Virus record (IMG/VR): IMGVR_UViG_3300047160_018755
Span: 32,001-96,000 of that record
From: a virus
DNA: 64,000 nt
Direction: 5' to 3' (one strand)
Shown: positions 36,966 to 43,987 of the stretch, piece after piece
Numbering within the stretch: position 1 is the stretch's first letter
Layout of the letters: each line of letters starts with the position of its first letter
Position numbers and translations under genes: made by a program
Notes under the pieces: model-generated
The model's input: the letters and a program-made list of their open reading frames with translations, nothing else
The model's database searches: none
Told to the model about the DNA's origin: nothing

Positions 36966-37156
36966 GCAGCCTCAAGAAGCTCGATAAGCAAATCTGGCAG
37001 GGATGCGAGTCGTACCAGGTTCTCGTCCCCGTGAAGTTCGACGTCAGGGACGGGGTCGTGGTGTCCGTCCAGCACCCCGCCTTCGAGGACGTCCAGGCCG
37101 CCTACGACGCCGCCCTTGCGGACCAGGAGGCGGGGCCGTCCCCCGTGACGCCATGA
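36962..37156 (+). CDS. Hypothetical protein
   Basis: ATGA overlap. Confidence 0.6.
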   Translation: MSSLKKLDKQIWQGCESYQVLVPVKFDVRDGVVVSVQHPAFEDVQAAYDAALADQEAGPSPVTP

Positions 37157-37308
37157 TCCGGGCGCTGCTCCTCGACGACAGCGCCACCACGGCGGTGGAG
37201 TACGCGTTCATCGCGAGCTTCATCGCCGGGCTCATCATCGTCGTAGCCTACGTCTTGGGCGGCAAGGTCAACGGCCTGTTCCAGAGCGCATCGAAGTGGG
37301 GTGAGTGA
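37153..37308 (+). CDS. flp: Flp/Fap (type IVb) pilin-like protein
   Basis: DDSA-TTAVEYAFIASFIAGLIIVV..LGGKVNGLF: E+5/Y+6 Flp motif. Confidence 0.8.
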   Translation: MIRALLLDDSATTAVEYAFIASFIAGLIIVVAYVLGGKVNGLFQSASKWGE

Positions 37309-37754
37309 TGACCAATGATCTGACCAAGCTCTACGGCAAGCGCGTGGGCGTGTACCGCAACCTGCACATGGGGCGCAAGCTCGGACGCAAGGTCTACAGC
37401 GTCGTGCGCTCAGGCAAGGTCGTGGCCCACGTGGAGCAGATCCTGCTCACCAACGTGGAGTTCAAGGTCCGTGCCAACGGCCGTGACAAGGTGCGCCAGA
37501 CCAAGCGCAAGAACGTGCACGCGTTCGTCGTGGGGGACGTGGTGTCCAGCGCCATGGGGATCGGCGCGGGCGGCAAGCTGGCCATCCCGACCACCTACAA
37601 CCCGTACGAGGACGACCACTTCGTGACCGACGCCTTCCGCCTCCGCTGCTGGGGCCCGCGCATGCACGTCTTCACGGCGCAAGTGACCGTGCTCAACCAG
37701 CATGGATGCAGCGCGGCGTACCTGGAGAAGGTCGTCGCCCAAACGAGCCCTTGA
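37308..37754 (+). CDS. Conserved phage hypothetical protein
   Basis: VYRNLH...FKVR..GRDKVRQTKRKNVHAFV. Confidence 0.7.
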   Translation: MTNDLTKLYGKRVGVYRNLHMGRKLGRKVYSVVRSGKVVAHVEQILLTNVEFKVRANGRDKVRQTKRKNVHAFVVGDVVSSAMGIGAGGKLAIPTTYNPYEDDHFVTDAFRLRCWGPRMHVFTAQVTVLNQHGCSAAYLEKVVAQTSP

Positions 37755-37779
37755 CGTTGGCACGGAACTAGGATAGGCT
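37751..37779 (+). promoter_or_regulatory. sigma70-like promoter with nested TGGCACG
   Basis: TTGACG-17nt-TAGGCT, ATG 7 nt after. Confidence 0.6.
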
Positions 37780-37786
37780 CTGAACC

Positions 37787-38335
37787 ATGGAAACACAACG
37801 GACGTGTCAGGTGTGCGAGGGCCTCGGCGTCAATGTCTCTGCCGGCTTCGAATTCGAGGGGCGCAAGTACCCCGAGACCCGCCGGCCGTGCAGCACGTGC
37901 CTGGGCAAGGGCGTCATGCAGGCGCCCGACTTCGTCGCCATCTTCAAGGCGGTGACCACCACGCGTGGGGCCAGCAAGGGTGGGCGGCGCTTCCGTCAGT
38001 CTGCTCCCGAGGGCTGGAAGCAGTCCAACCAGGGCGTCGACAACCGCCGCGCGTACTACGTGTGGCGCCTGGCGCGCTTCCACGGCGGCGCTGACGTCAC
38101 CATGCCCATGACGGCACAGCTGTTCTGCGGGCGTGACGCGTGGGTCGCGGAACTGGACTACTACGCTTCGCTGCTGGCCAAGAAGGTCTACGGGACCGAC
38201 CTGGCCGGCGCACATCGGTGGGCGCGCGCCCTGGGCGGCGACATCAACATCGAAGGGCTTCCGGCCACGGCCTACGAGTGTGGCCCGGTTCACGACGGCA
38301 ACAAACCCAGCTTCGAGCGAGAGGAACTCAAATGA
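37787..38335 (+). CDS. Protein with DnaJ-type CxxCxGxG pair
   Basis: CQVCEGLG, CSTCLGKG. Confidence 0.7.
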   Translation: METQRTCQVCEGLGVNVSAGFEFEGRKYPETRRPCSTCLGKGVMQAPDFVAIFKAVTTTRGASKGGRRFRQSAPEGWKQSNQGVDNRRAYYVWRLARFHGGADVTMPMTAQLFCGRDAWVAELDYYASLLAKKVYGTDLAGAHRWARALGGDINIEGLPATAYECGPVHDGNKPSFEREELK

Positions 38336-38583
38336 ACACGAACGTCGACGGCATCATCATCCAAGATCATGGCGAGCAGGTCCCCGACGACAAGGCGGTG
38401 GCCCGCGCGCAGCTGGAGGCCCAGTACGGCGAGGTGCTCGACACCAGCCAGATGCAGGCCAAGTACAGCGTCGAGGGCTTCGCGGCCCCCTACGTCGTCG
38501 TGACGCGCAAGGAGGACGGCGTGCGGGGCAGCCTGGCCTTCACTCACAGCCCGCGCTTCTACCACACGTTCTGCGCGGACTGA
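38332..38583 (+). CDS. Hypothetical protein
   Basis: GAGG SD, ATGA overlap. Confidence 0.65.
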   Translation: MNTNVDGIIIQDHGEQVPDDKAVARAQLEAQYGEVLDTSQMQAKYSVEGFAAPYVVVTRKEDGVRGSLAFTHSPRFYHTFCAD

Positions 38584-38586
38584 GCC

Positions 38587-39021
38587 ATGGGCTCGCGGGC
38601 GTGGAGACTGGCGGGGGCGGCCGTGTTCCTGGTGGCGATGCTAGGATTCGCCATCAGGGGCCGGTGCGCCGAGCCTGATACGTACGACCTCGGCATCTAC
38701 GAGTGGGGCCCGAAGCCCGGCTACGTGCGCGAGGGCATGGTGGGGAAGTTCCGCAAGGTCATCGACCTTCGCGCGTACAGGCGTGACGGCCTGTCCTACT
38801 ACTGGATCATCGACACCCGCATCAGTGGGCAGGGCCGCGTCTACCAGATGAAGACGCAGCACGCCATGGACTGCACCGAGCACACGTACGCCATCAACGC
38901 CGTCAAGGAGTACGACAAGGCCGGCAAGATGTTCAAGAACGCGATCATCTCGCCCCTGGAGTGGAGCGCGATTGCACCCGACACTCTGGGCGCCCTGGAG
39001 TTCAAGATCGTCTGCGAATAG
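38587..39021 (+). CDS. Exported protein
   Basis: Signal-like N-terminus. Confidence 0.7.
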   Translation: MGSRAWRLAGAAVFLVAMLGFAIRGRCAEPDTYDLGIYEWGPKPGYVREGMVGKFRKVIDLRAYRRDGLSYYWIIDTRISGQGRVYQMKTQHAMDCTEHTYAINAVKEYDKAGKMFKNAIISPLEWSAIAPDTLGALEFKIVCE

Positions 39022-39059
39022 TTCTTGACGGGGATCCCTGGTTCTGGTAGCTTAGAACC

Positions 39060-39494
39060 ATGGAAACGAATTCATTCTACTGCCCGCGGTGTCATTCCGA
39101 CAACACGCAGTCAGCGCGCCTCGTGGTCGCCGAAGGCACCACGTCCGGTAGCGGGACCATCTTCATCCTGGACAGCCAGAACGACGTCGACGTCGGTGTC
39201 ATGAACACGGTCACGCAGACGAGCGTGGCCAGCGCTCTTGACCCGGGTCCGTACCCGTCGTCGTTCTTCTGGAACGTCCTGGCGGCGGCGCTGGTCGTGG
39301 GCCTGGTGTGCTGGTGGATGTCCGTCGACGGCGTCTTCGGGCTTGGCTGCGCCGGGCTCGTGGCTCTCGCTGCGCTCATCCTCATCAGCGGCCTGTTCCG
39401 CATCGGGCCTCGGCGCTCGTGGCCGGCGCGCTACGCCCGCTTCCTCAGGCAATGGTTCTGCCACCGCTGCGGCATCGTGTGGGAGCGGTCATGA
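39060..39494 (+). CDS. CxxC-TM-CxxC membrane zinc-ribbon protein
   Basis: CPRC, two TM helices, CHRC; promoter TTGACG-17-TAGCTT at 39025. Confidence 0.7.
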   Translation: METNSFYCPRCHSDNTQSARLVVAEGTTSGSGTIFILDSQNDVDVGVMNTVTQTSVASALDPGPYPSSFFWNVLAAALVVGLVCWWMSVDGVFGLGCAGLVALAALILISGLFRIGPRRSWPARYARFLRQWFCHRCGIVWERS

Positions 39495-39838
39495 ACCCTC
39501 TCTTCGAGAAGGGCGCCACCATGGTGCTCAAGGACAAGAAGGAGCCCAAGCGCAAGCTGCGCTATGCGTTGGGCATCGACGCCAACGGCGTCCCCCTCAA
39601 GAAGGGCGACCGCGTGAAGTGGACCGAGGCGTACACGCGCCGGCTCTACTTGCGCTCGCGCCAGCACCGTGCCGAGTTCATGGGCCAGGTGGGCGTGGTC
39701 GAGGATCTGTGCAAGTGGGGCGAGGAGCGCGGCCCCGAGGTCAACGTCCGCTACTTCCACAGCAACTTCTTCGGCAAGTCCAAGAACGGCCTGCGCTACT
39801 CGGCGCACCCGAGCGACCTGGTCAAGGTGACCCCATGA
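39491..39838 (+). CDS. Hypothetical protein
   Basis: ATGA overlap. Confidence 0.65.
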   Translation: MNPLFEKGATMVLKDKKEPKRKLRYALGIDANGVPLKKGDRVKWTEAYTRRLYLRSRQHRAEFMGQVGVVEDLCKWGEERGPEVNVRYFHSNFFGKSKNGLRYSAHPSDLVKVTP

Positions 39839-39906
39839 CGGGGATCTCATGTGAGAGGGCTCGATTTTTCCTTGACACGGATCCCCGATTGTGAGATAAC
39901 AAAACC

Positions 39907-40365
39907 ATGCCAACACAAAAGTTCCTTCGTGAATCCCAAGAGCGGACCTACCAGGCGATCGAGACCCTCGGCGAGGTCTCGGCCTACGACGTCATGGACG
40001 TGGTTGCAGCCGGCCTGGAGGGAAACAGGGCCTTCGCGATGCGCCAGCGGGTGAGCGGCGCGTGCTCCGAGCTTCACGCCGAAGGCCGGATCGTCAAGGT
40101 CGGACGCAAGGTCAACCCTTCGTCCGGGGAAACTGTCAACGTCTACCGCGCCAACCCCGAAGGCACGTCGTGCAGCTGCGGCAACTGCCCCGGCGACGGC
40201 GCCGATGGCGAAGGGGCCGGCTACAAGAGCAAGTACGAGGCGCTCTTGGAGAAGTATCAAGCTCTTCTGGCCGAGCGCGTACCGCTCTGCCGTGACTGCT
40301 GCACAATCCTGTGCCGCAGCTGCACGACGAACCGCAACCGAGCCACTTTGGTTGCGGTTGCCTGA
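39907..40365 (+). CDS. Winged-helix-like protein with Cys-rich tail
   Basis: VSGACSELHAEGRIVKVG. Confidence 0.6.
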   Translation: MPTQKFLRESQERTYQAIETLGEVSAYDVMDVVAAGLEGNRAFAMRQRVSGACSELHAEGRIVKVGRKVNPSSGETVNVYRANPEGTSCSCGNCPGDGADGEGAGYKSKYEALLEKYQALLAERVPLCRDCCTILCRSCTTNRNRATLVAVA

Positions 40366-40507
40366 CCAAGACCAGTTCTTCGCCTAAATCTCTGGTACGG
40401 AGCGCGGCATGCTGCGCAGGGAGAGCCTGCGAGGGGTGTCTCGGGAGTGTCCTACCTGTTGAAACACCGGCTCCGTACCCTCTTTTCCACCACATGAAAG
40501 GATCCAC

Positions 40508-41137
40508 ATGACGACCAGCGAGATGTCCACCGACCTCGTCAAAGAGGTGACCGCCAAGCTTCACGAGCAGATCGACGCCGCCATCGAGGCGCGCAACTCC
40601 GCCTTCCAGGCCATGACGCCGGCCGAGAAGCGCAAGACCGTCGCCTACGACGTCCTGGAGCAGCTGTACCAGAAGCGCTTCGTGGCCCATTGCGGTCAGT
40701 GGCTCTCGTCCAACGACGTGACGGGCCTGCGCAACATCGACCGCTACGAGATCATCCCCAAGGAGGCGCTGGACGCCGATGCGCAGACCGCCATCGCCGG
40801 CAAGACCTGCGACGTGTGTGCTCTGGGCGCGCTCTTCGCCTGCACCATCGAGCGCCAGAACAGCATCGACATCGCGGGCGTGCGGCGGGCCGACTTCCGC
40901 GGCATCAGCGCCTACCTGACGGGCATCTTCGATCGCCGCACCCTCAACCTCATCGAAGCGTGCTTCGAGCGCCGCCGCGACTCCTGCGACTTCATGGACT
41001 ACGACAGCACGACGCGCCAGGAGGACGAGGTCCGCGTCAACACGTGGCTCAAGTACCACGGCAGCGAAAGCTCCTCCGAGCGCATGGTCTCGATCATGCG
41101 CAACATCGTCCGCCACGAGGGCGAGTTCGCGGTCTAG
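40508..41137 (+). CDS. Hypothetical protein
   Basis: GAAAGGA SD; CDVCALGALF. Confidence 0.7.
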   Translation: MTTSEMSTDLVKEVTAKLHEQIDAAIEARNSAFQAMTPAEKRKTVAYDVLEQLYQKRFVAHCGQWLSSNDVTGLRNIDRYEIIPKEALDADAQTAIAGKTCDVCALGALFACTIERQNSIDIAGVRRADFRGISAYLTGIFDRRTLNLIEACFERRRDSCDFMDYDSTTRQEDEVRVNTWLKYHGSESSSERMVSIMRNIVRHEGEFAV

Positions 41138-41434
41138 ATGACGTGGGCTGAGCTACGAGATGCACTCCAGTGCCGGCACCTGAGCGGGCGACACTGGAGC
41201 AACGGCGAGTGGCCGCACATCTACGAGTTCGCCTGCAACGACTGCGCCTTCTGGTGGACCAACACGGTGGTGACGACGCGCCCGCCACAGTGGGACTGGG
41301 CGGACTGGCTCATCGATCACTGGCTCGATCCGTACCACGCCTTCGCCGACTGCATCAAGCGGGAGGACGACCTGCCCTGCAAGGAGTGTCGCGAGTACGC
41401 GATGGATGCCGTGGGTGCGCCACGCAGGAGTTGA
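41138..41434 (+). CDS. Hypothetical Cys/Trp-rich protein
   Basis: 3' end overlaps tRNA-Arg on opposite strand. Confidence 0.5.
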   Translation: MTWAELRDALQCRHLSGRHWSNGEWPHIYEFACNDCAFWWTNTVVTTRPPQWDWADWLIDHWLDPYHAFADCIKREDDLPCKECREYAMDAVGAPRRS

Positions 41435-41488
41435 ACCTGCAACCTTTCCCTTAGGAGGGGACTGCTCGTCCAATCGAGCTAGAGGCGC
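41416..41488 (-). tRNA. tRNA-Arg(CCU)
   Basis: Cloverleaf, loop CT-CCT-AA, GTTCAA T-loop. Confidence 0.85.
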
Positions 41489-41493
41489 GTGGG

Positions 41494-41567
41494 TGCTCTT
41501 CGTAGGGATCGAACCTACATCCACAGGGCTTAGAAGGCCCGGGTCTTTCCAGTTGATGTAGAAGAGC
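41494..41567 (-). tRNA. tRNA-Arg(UCU)
   Basis: GCTCTTC/GAAGAGC acceptor, loop CT-TCT-AA; weak D stem. Confidence 0.8.
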
Positions 41568-41952
41568 GCTGATAGGTCCGCTCGCGGTGGCAATTGGCGC
41601 ACACGAGATCACATTTGGCAATTTCTGCTAGAATCTTGGACCGAGAGCCGTACTCACTCAACATGGCGACGCCGGCTACCTTCTTCTCTCCCGGACGATG
41701 ATCCCAGTCCATCACGTACGGAGGGTAGGCGACTCCACAGTCGGAGCACGGCTTCCCAGCTTTCAGGGACCGAGCGAAAGCAACGATCTCTTTTCTGTGA
41801 ACCTTCGCCTTCTGTAGGTATTTCCTCTTGTTCTTGCGGTAGTGCTCGTCCTTGTACGCCTTCTGGCACGATCTACAGAACGGCTGGAGCCCGTTCCTCT
41901 TCTTAGAAAACTCAGAATCTGGCTTCGGACCACACTTGGAGCAAATTGCCAT
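41530..41952 (-). CDS. HNH endonuclease with N-terminal zinc finger, inside tRNA array
   Basis: CSDC...MDWDH...EIAKCDLVCANCHR; reads into tRNA-Arg(UCU). Confidence 0.8.
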   Translation of the reverse strand: MAICSKCGPKPDSEFSKKRNGLQPFCRSCQKAYKDEHYRKNKRKYLQKAKVHRKEIVAFARSLKAGKPCSDCGVAYPPYVMDWDHRPGEKKVAGVAMLSEYGSRSKILAEIAKCDLVCANCHRERTYQRSSTSTGKTRAF

Positions 41953-41980
41953 GTTTTCAAGATTGTGATCCGATGAAAGT

Positions 41981-42050
41981 AGCCTGTGAGGGTGCCGCCC
42001 CCTCTTTGCCGCCTTGAAAGGGCGGAAGCCTAGCTGTTGACCGAACAGGC
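41981..42050 (-). tRNA. tRNA-Glu(UUC)
   Basis: CCGCC-CTTTCAA-GGCGG; atypical T-loop. Confidence 0.75.
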
Positions 42051-42115
42051 CGTGAATCCTCACTAAACTGCCATATCTCACCGCAAAGTGAGGATTGATA
42101 ATTTAGTGAGGTATG

Positions 42116-42185
42116 TAGCCCTATGGGGACTCGAACCCCATCCATCTGGCTGAGAACCAGAGATCCTACCCATAAACGATAGGGC
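42116..42185 (-). tRNA. tRNA-Glu(CUC)
   Basis: TCTGG-TTCTCAG-CCAGA; GTTCGAGTC. Confidence 0.85.
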
Positions 42186-42191
42186 CATGAG

Positions 42192-42264
42192 CATGTCGTC
42201 AAGGAATCGAACCTTGCTTTTCCGTTTTGGAGACGGAACCGTTCCCAGGACCGGTCAACGACAT
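42192..42264 (-). tRNA. tRNA-Trp(CCA)
   Basis: TCCGT-CTCCAAA-ACGGA. Confidence 0.8.
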
Positions 42265-42280
42265 ATAGAATTCTGCACGG

Positions 42281-42354
42281 TAGGCTCGGTCGGGTACGAT
42301 CCGACAGCCGTTCGCTTAAAAGGCGACTGCTCTGTCCGTTTGAGCTACGGGCCT
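42281..42354 (-). tRNA. tRNA-Lys(UUU)
   Basis: loop CT-TTT-AA; T-loop ATCGTAC. Confidence 0.8.
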
Positions 42355-42410
42355 GTGTGTCGGCTGTTTATGAGCCCACCGATCCGCCGACCGATCGATG
42401 AGAATCCCTG

Positions 42411-42482
42411 AGCGCGCTGCGAGGATCGAACTCGCTCCGTCTGGGTGGAAGCCAGGTATGCCGCCAAGTACACCTAGCGCGC
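42411..42482 (-). tRNA. tRNA-Gly(UCC)
   Basis: GCGCGCT/AGCGCGC, loop CT-TCC-AC, U73. Confidence 0.85.
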
Positions 42483-42498
42483 AGAAAGGAAATAAAGG

Positions 42499-42658
42499 AG
42501 CCGGTGTGCTACCGTTACACTAAGTCCGACAGAGGCAGCGTTTCACTCTAGACGTTTTGGCGACTTGATCAGGGCCGCTACTGGCTGTCCTAGCTGCATG
42601 TCCCTCCCACCGTATCAGGGCAAGAGGTTTGGTGTGGAGTCGAACCACTCCACCGGCT
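42499..42658 (-). ncRNA. Permuted tRNA-like element with long insert (weak)
   Basis: AGCCGG, T-arm, about 100 nt, D-arm, CCGGCT; no clear acceptor pairing. Confidence 0.4.
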
Positions 42659-42660
42659 TT

Positions 42661-42734
42661 TGGAGCACCTACCGCGAGTCGGACGCGGGCTTCCTCGTTG
42701 GCAACGAGGTTTGCTACCGTAACAACTTAGGTGC
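42661..42734 (-). tRNA. tRNA-Gly(GCC)
   Basis: GCACCTA/TAGGTGC, CCTCG-TTGCCAA-CGAGG, U73, encoded CCA. Confidence 0.85.
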
Positions 42735-42757
42735 GTATTTCGTAGTCTTTGGCAAAC

Positions 42758-42880
42758 TTACATTCGTAGATCCGCCCTGTGTCCGTCACTAAAGGGAAGC
42801 AGGACCTTCTTCCCGGCGCGCACCAGGGCTGCCAAGATCATCGCCTTGGATAAATCACCAACTCCTGTTGTATCGCGCAT
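42758..42880 (-). pseudogene. Truncated PD-(D/E)XK endonuclease (tRNA/intron-associated type)
   Basis: MRDTTGVGDLSKAMILAALVRAGKKVLLPFSDGHRADL, then stop. Confidence 0.5.
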
Positions 42881-42882
42881 TG

Positions 42883-42955
42883 TTGCGGAGGTCGGATTCG
42901 AACCGACGTATGGCTGGGTATGGGCCAGCTGAATGGGCCACTTTTCTACTCCGCA
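42883..42955 (-). tRNA. tRNA with CAU anticodon (Met, initiator-like body)
   Basis: TGCGGAG/CTCCGCA, GCTGG-CCCATAC-CCAGC; C33; identity fMet/Met/Ile2 uncertain. Confidence 0.75.
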
Positions 42956-42975
42956 GTGTATTTCTATCGAATCTG

Positions 42976-43050
42976 TAGGTCCGGTGGGGGATGATCCCAC
43001 AACCTTTCGCTTAAGAGGCGATTGCTCTGAACCAGTTGAGCTACGAACCT
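42976..43050 (-). tRNA. tRNA-Lys(CUU)
   Basis: loop CT-CTT-AA; T-loop ATCATCC. Confidence 0.8.
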
Positions 43051-43107
43051 GTGGGGGTCTCTCCCTCAGTCAAGCCTGGATTTCGCGGCGGCTTTCCCTA
43101 CTTTGGC

Positions 43108-43184
43108 GCTGGCGACTTAAACCACTCGTCCACAGGCCCGATCTTTCGAACGAGCCCGGCGGGATTCGAACCCGCGTCTCCAGC
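43108..43184 (-). ncRNA. Circularly permuted tRNA-like RNA (YrlA-like)
   Basis: GCTGG, T-arm, CGGGCTC-G, 11-nt loop, GGGCCTG, D-arm, CCAGC. Confidence 0.7.
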
Positions 43185-43191
43185 AATTCCG

Positions 43192-43458
43192 TTACCTGCG
43201 CTTCTTGCTGTCGAGCTTGGTCGCGAACGACCTCTCGGCAGAGCGCTGAAGATCGAGAGCCTTGCTGTCCATCGTCGAGCCACGCTCGGTCACGACCCAG
43301 CCCCTGCTCCACTTGCCCTCGTCGTCCTCGGCACTGTCGATCAAGATCTCGACGTGCTTGCCGACCTTGGCGAAGCTTGTTGGAATGAAGGCGGTGTGAA
43401 TCTGCTTGCCGCCACCTTCGCACGGCCTTTCCATCCTGCATTGCGTGTACGATGCCAT
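43192..43458 (-). CDS. Hypothetical protein inside tRNA array
   Basis: AAGGAAGAG SD; MASYTQCRMER... Confidence 0.7.
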   Translation of the reverse strand: MASYTQCRMERPCEGGGKQIHTAFIPTSFAKVGKHVEILIDSAEDDEGKWSRGWVVTERGSTMDSKALDLQRSAERSFATKLDSKKRR

Positions 43459-43481
43459 CTGACTTCTCTCTTCCTTGTTTG

Positions 43482-43553
43482 TGGACCAGCAGGGAATCGA
43501 ACCCTGATCTCCGCAGTGCGAAAGCGGCGTCTTCCCATTGATACGACCAGCCC
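43482..43553 (-). tRNA. tRNA-Ala(CGC)
   Basis: G3.U70, loop TT-CGC-AC, A73. Confidence 0.8.
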
Positions 43554-43617
43554 AAAGTAATGGGTCGGTTACGACCGACTGGCACCTCGTGGATGCCATG
43601 TAGCCGACTGACCCTCG

Positions 43618-43689
43618 TGCGCCTCGCTGGGATCGAACCAACGGCCTCTCCCGTGTCATGGGATTGCTCTTCCGCTGAGCTAGAGGCGC
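43618..43689 (-). tRNA. tRNA-Val(GAC)
   Basis: loop AT-GAC-AC, GTTCGATC. Confidence 0.85.
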
Positions 43690-43692
43690 AGG

Positions 43693-43766
43693 CTCCAGTG
43701 TGCTACCTTTACACTACCGCGCCCATAGTGGTGGGCTTGGGCGGACTTGAACCGCTACTCCTGGAG
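43693..43766 (-). ncRNA. Circularly permuted tRNA-like RNA with internal ACCA
   Basis: CTCCAG, T-arm, AAGCCC-ACCA-CTAT-GGGCGCGG, D-arm, CTGGAG. Confidence 0.6.
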
Positions 43767-43771
43767 TTTCG

Positions 43772-43843
43772 TGCGTCTTGATGGGATCGAACCACCGGCC
43801 TTTCCCGTGTGAAGGGACTGCTCTACCGCTGAGCTAAAGGCGC
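43772..43843 (-). tRNA. tRNA-Val(CAC)
   Basis: loop TT-CAC-AC. Confidence 0.85.
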
Positions 43844-43910
43844 ATGTTTGGGAGTCTTCTTCACTCCCCACGTCTTGGACTATTTAATTTTCAGAGATCC
43901 GAACCCACTC

Positions 43911-43987
43911 TGGCTCCGGAGGACCGACTCGAACGGTCATCTACATCTGGTTAACAGCCAGGCGCTCTGCCATTGAGCTACCCCGGA
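43911..43987 (-). tRNA. tRNA-Asn(GUU)
   Basis: TCCGGGG/CTCCGGA, CT-GTT-AA, G73, encoded CCA. Confidence 0.9.

Noticed and set aside
43108-43766. Two-piece tmRNA explanation for the permuted elements
   Set aside because: Full tRNA-type D-arms, no G3.U70, no tag reading frame
14858-43987. Stop-codon reassignment suggested by RF-like gene plus tRNAs
   Set aside because: No CUA/UCA/UUA anticodon found; TAG, TGA and TAA all end genes cleanly with tight overlaps under code 11
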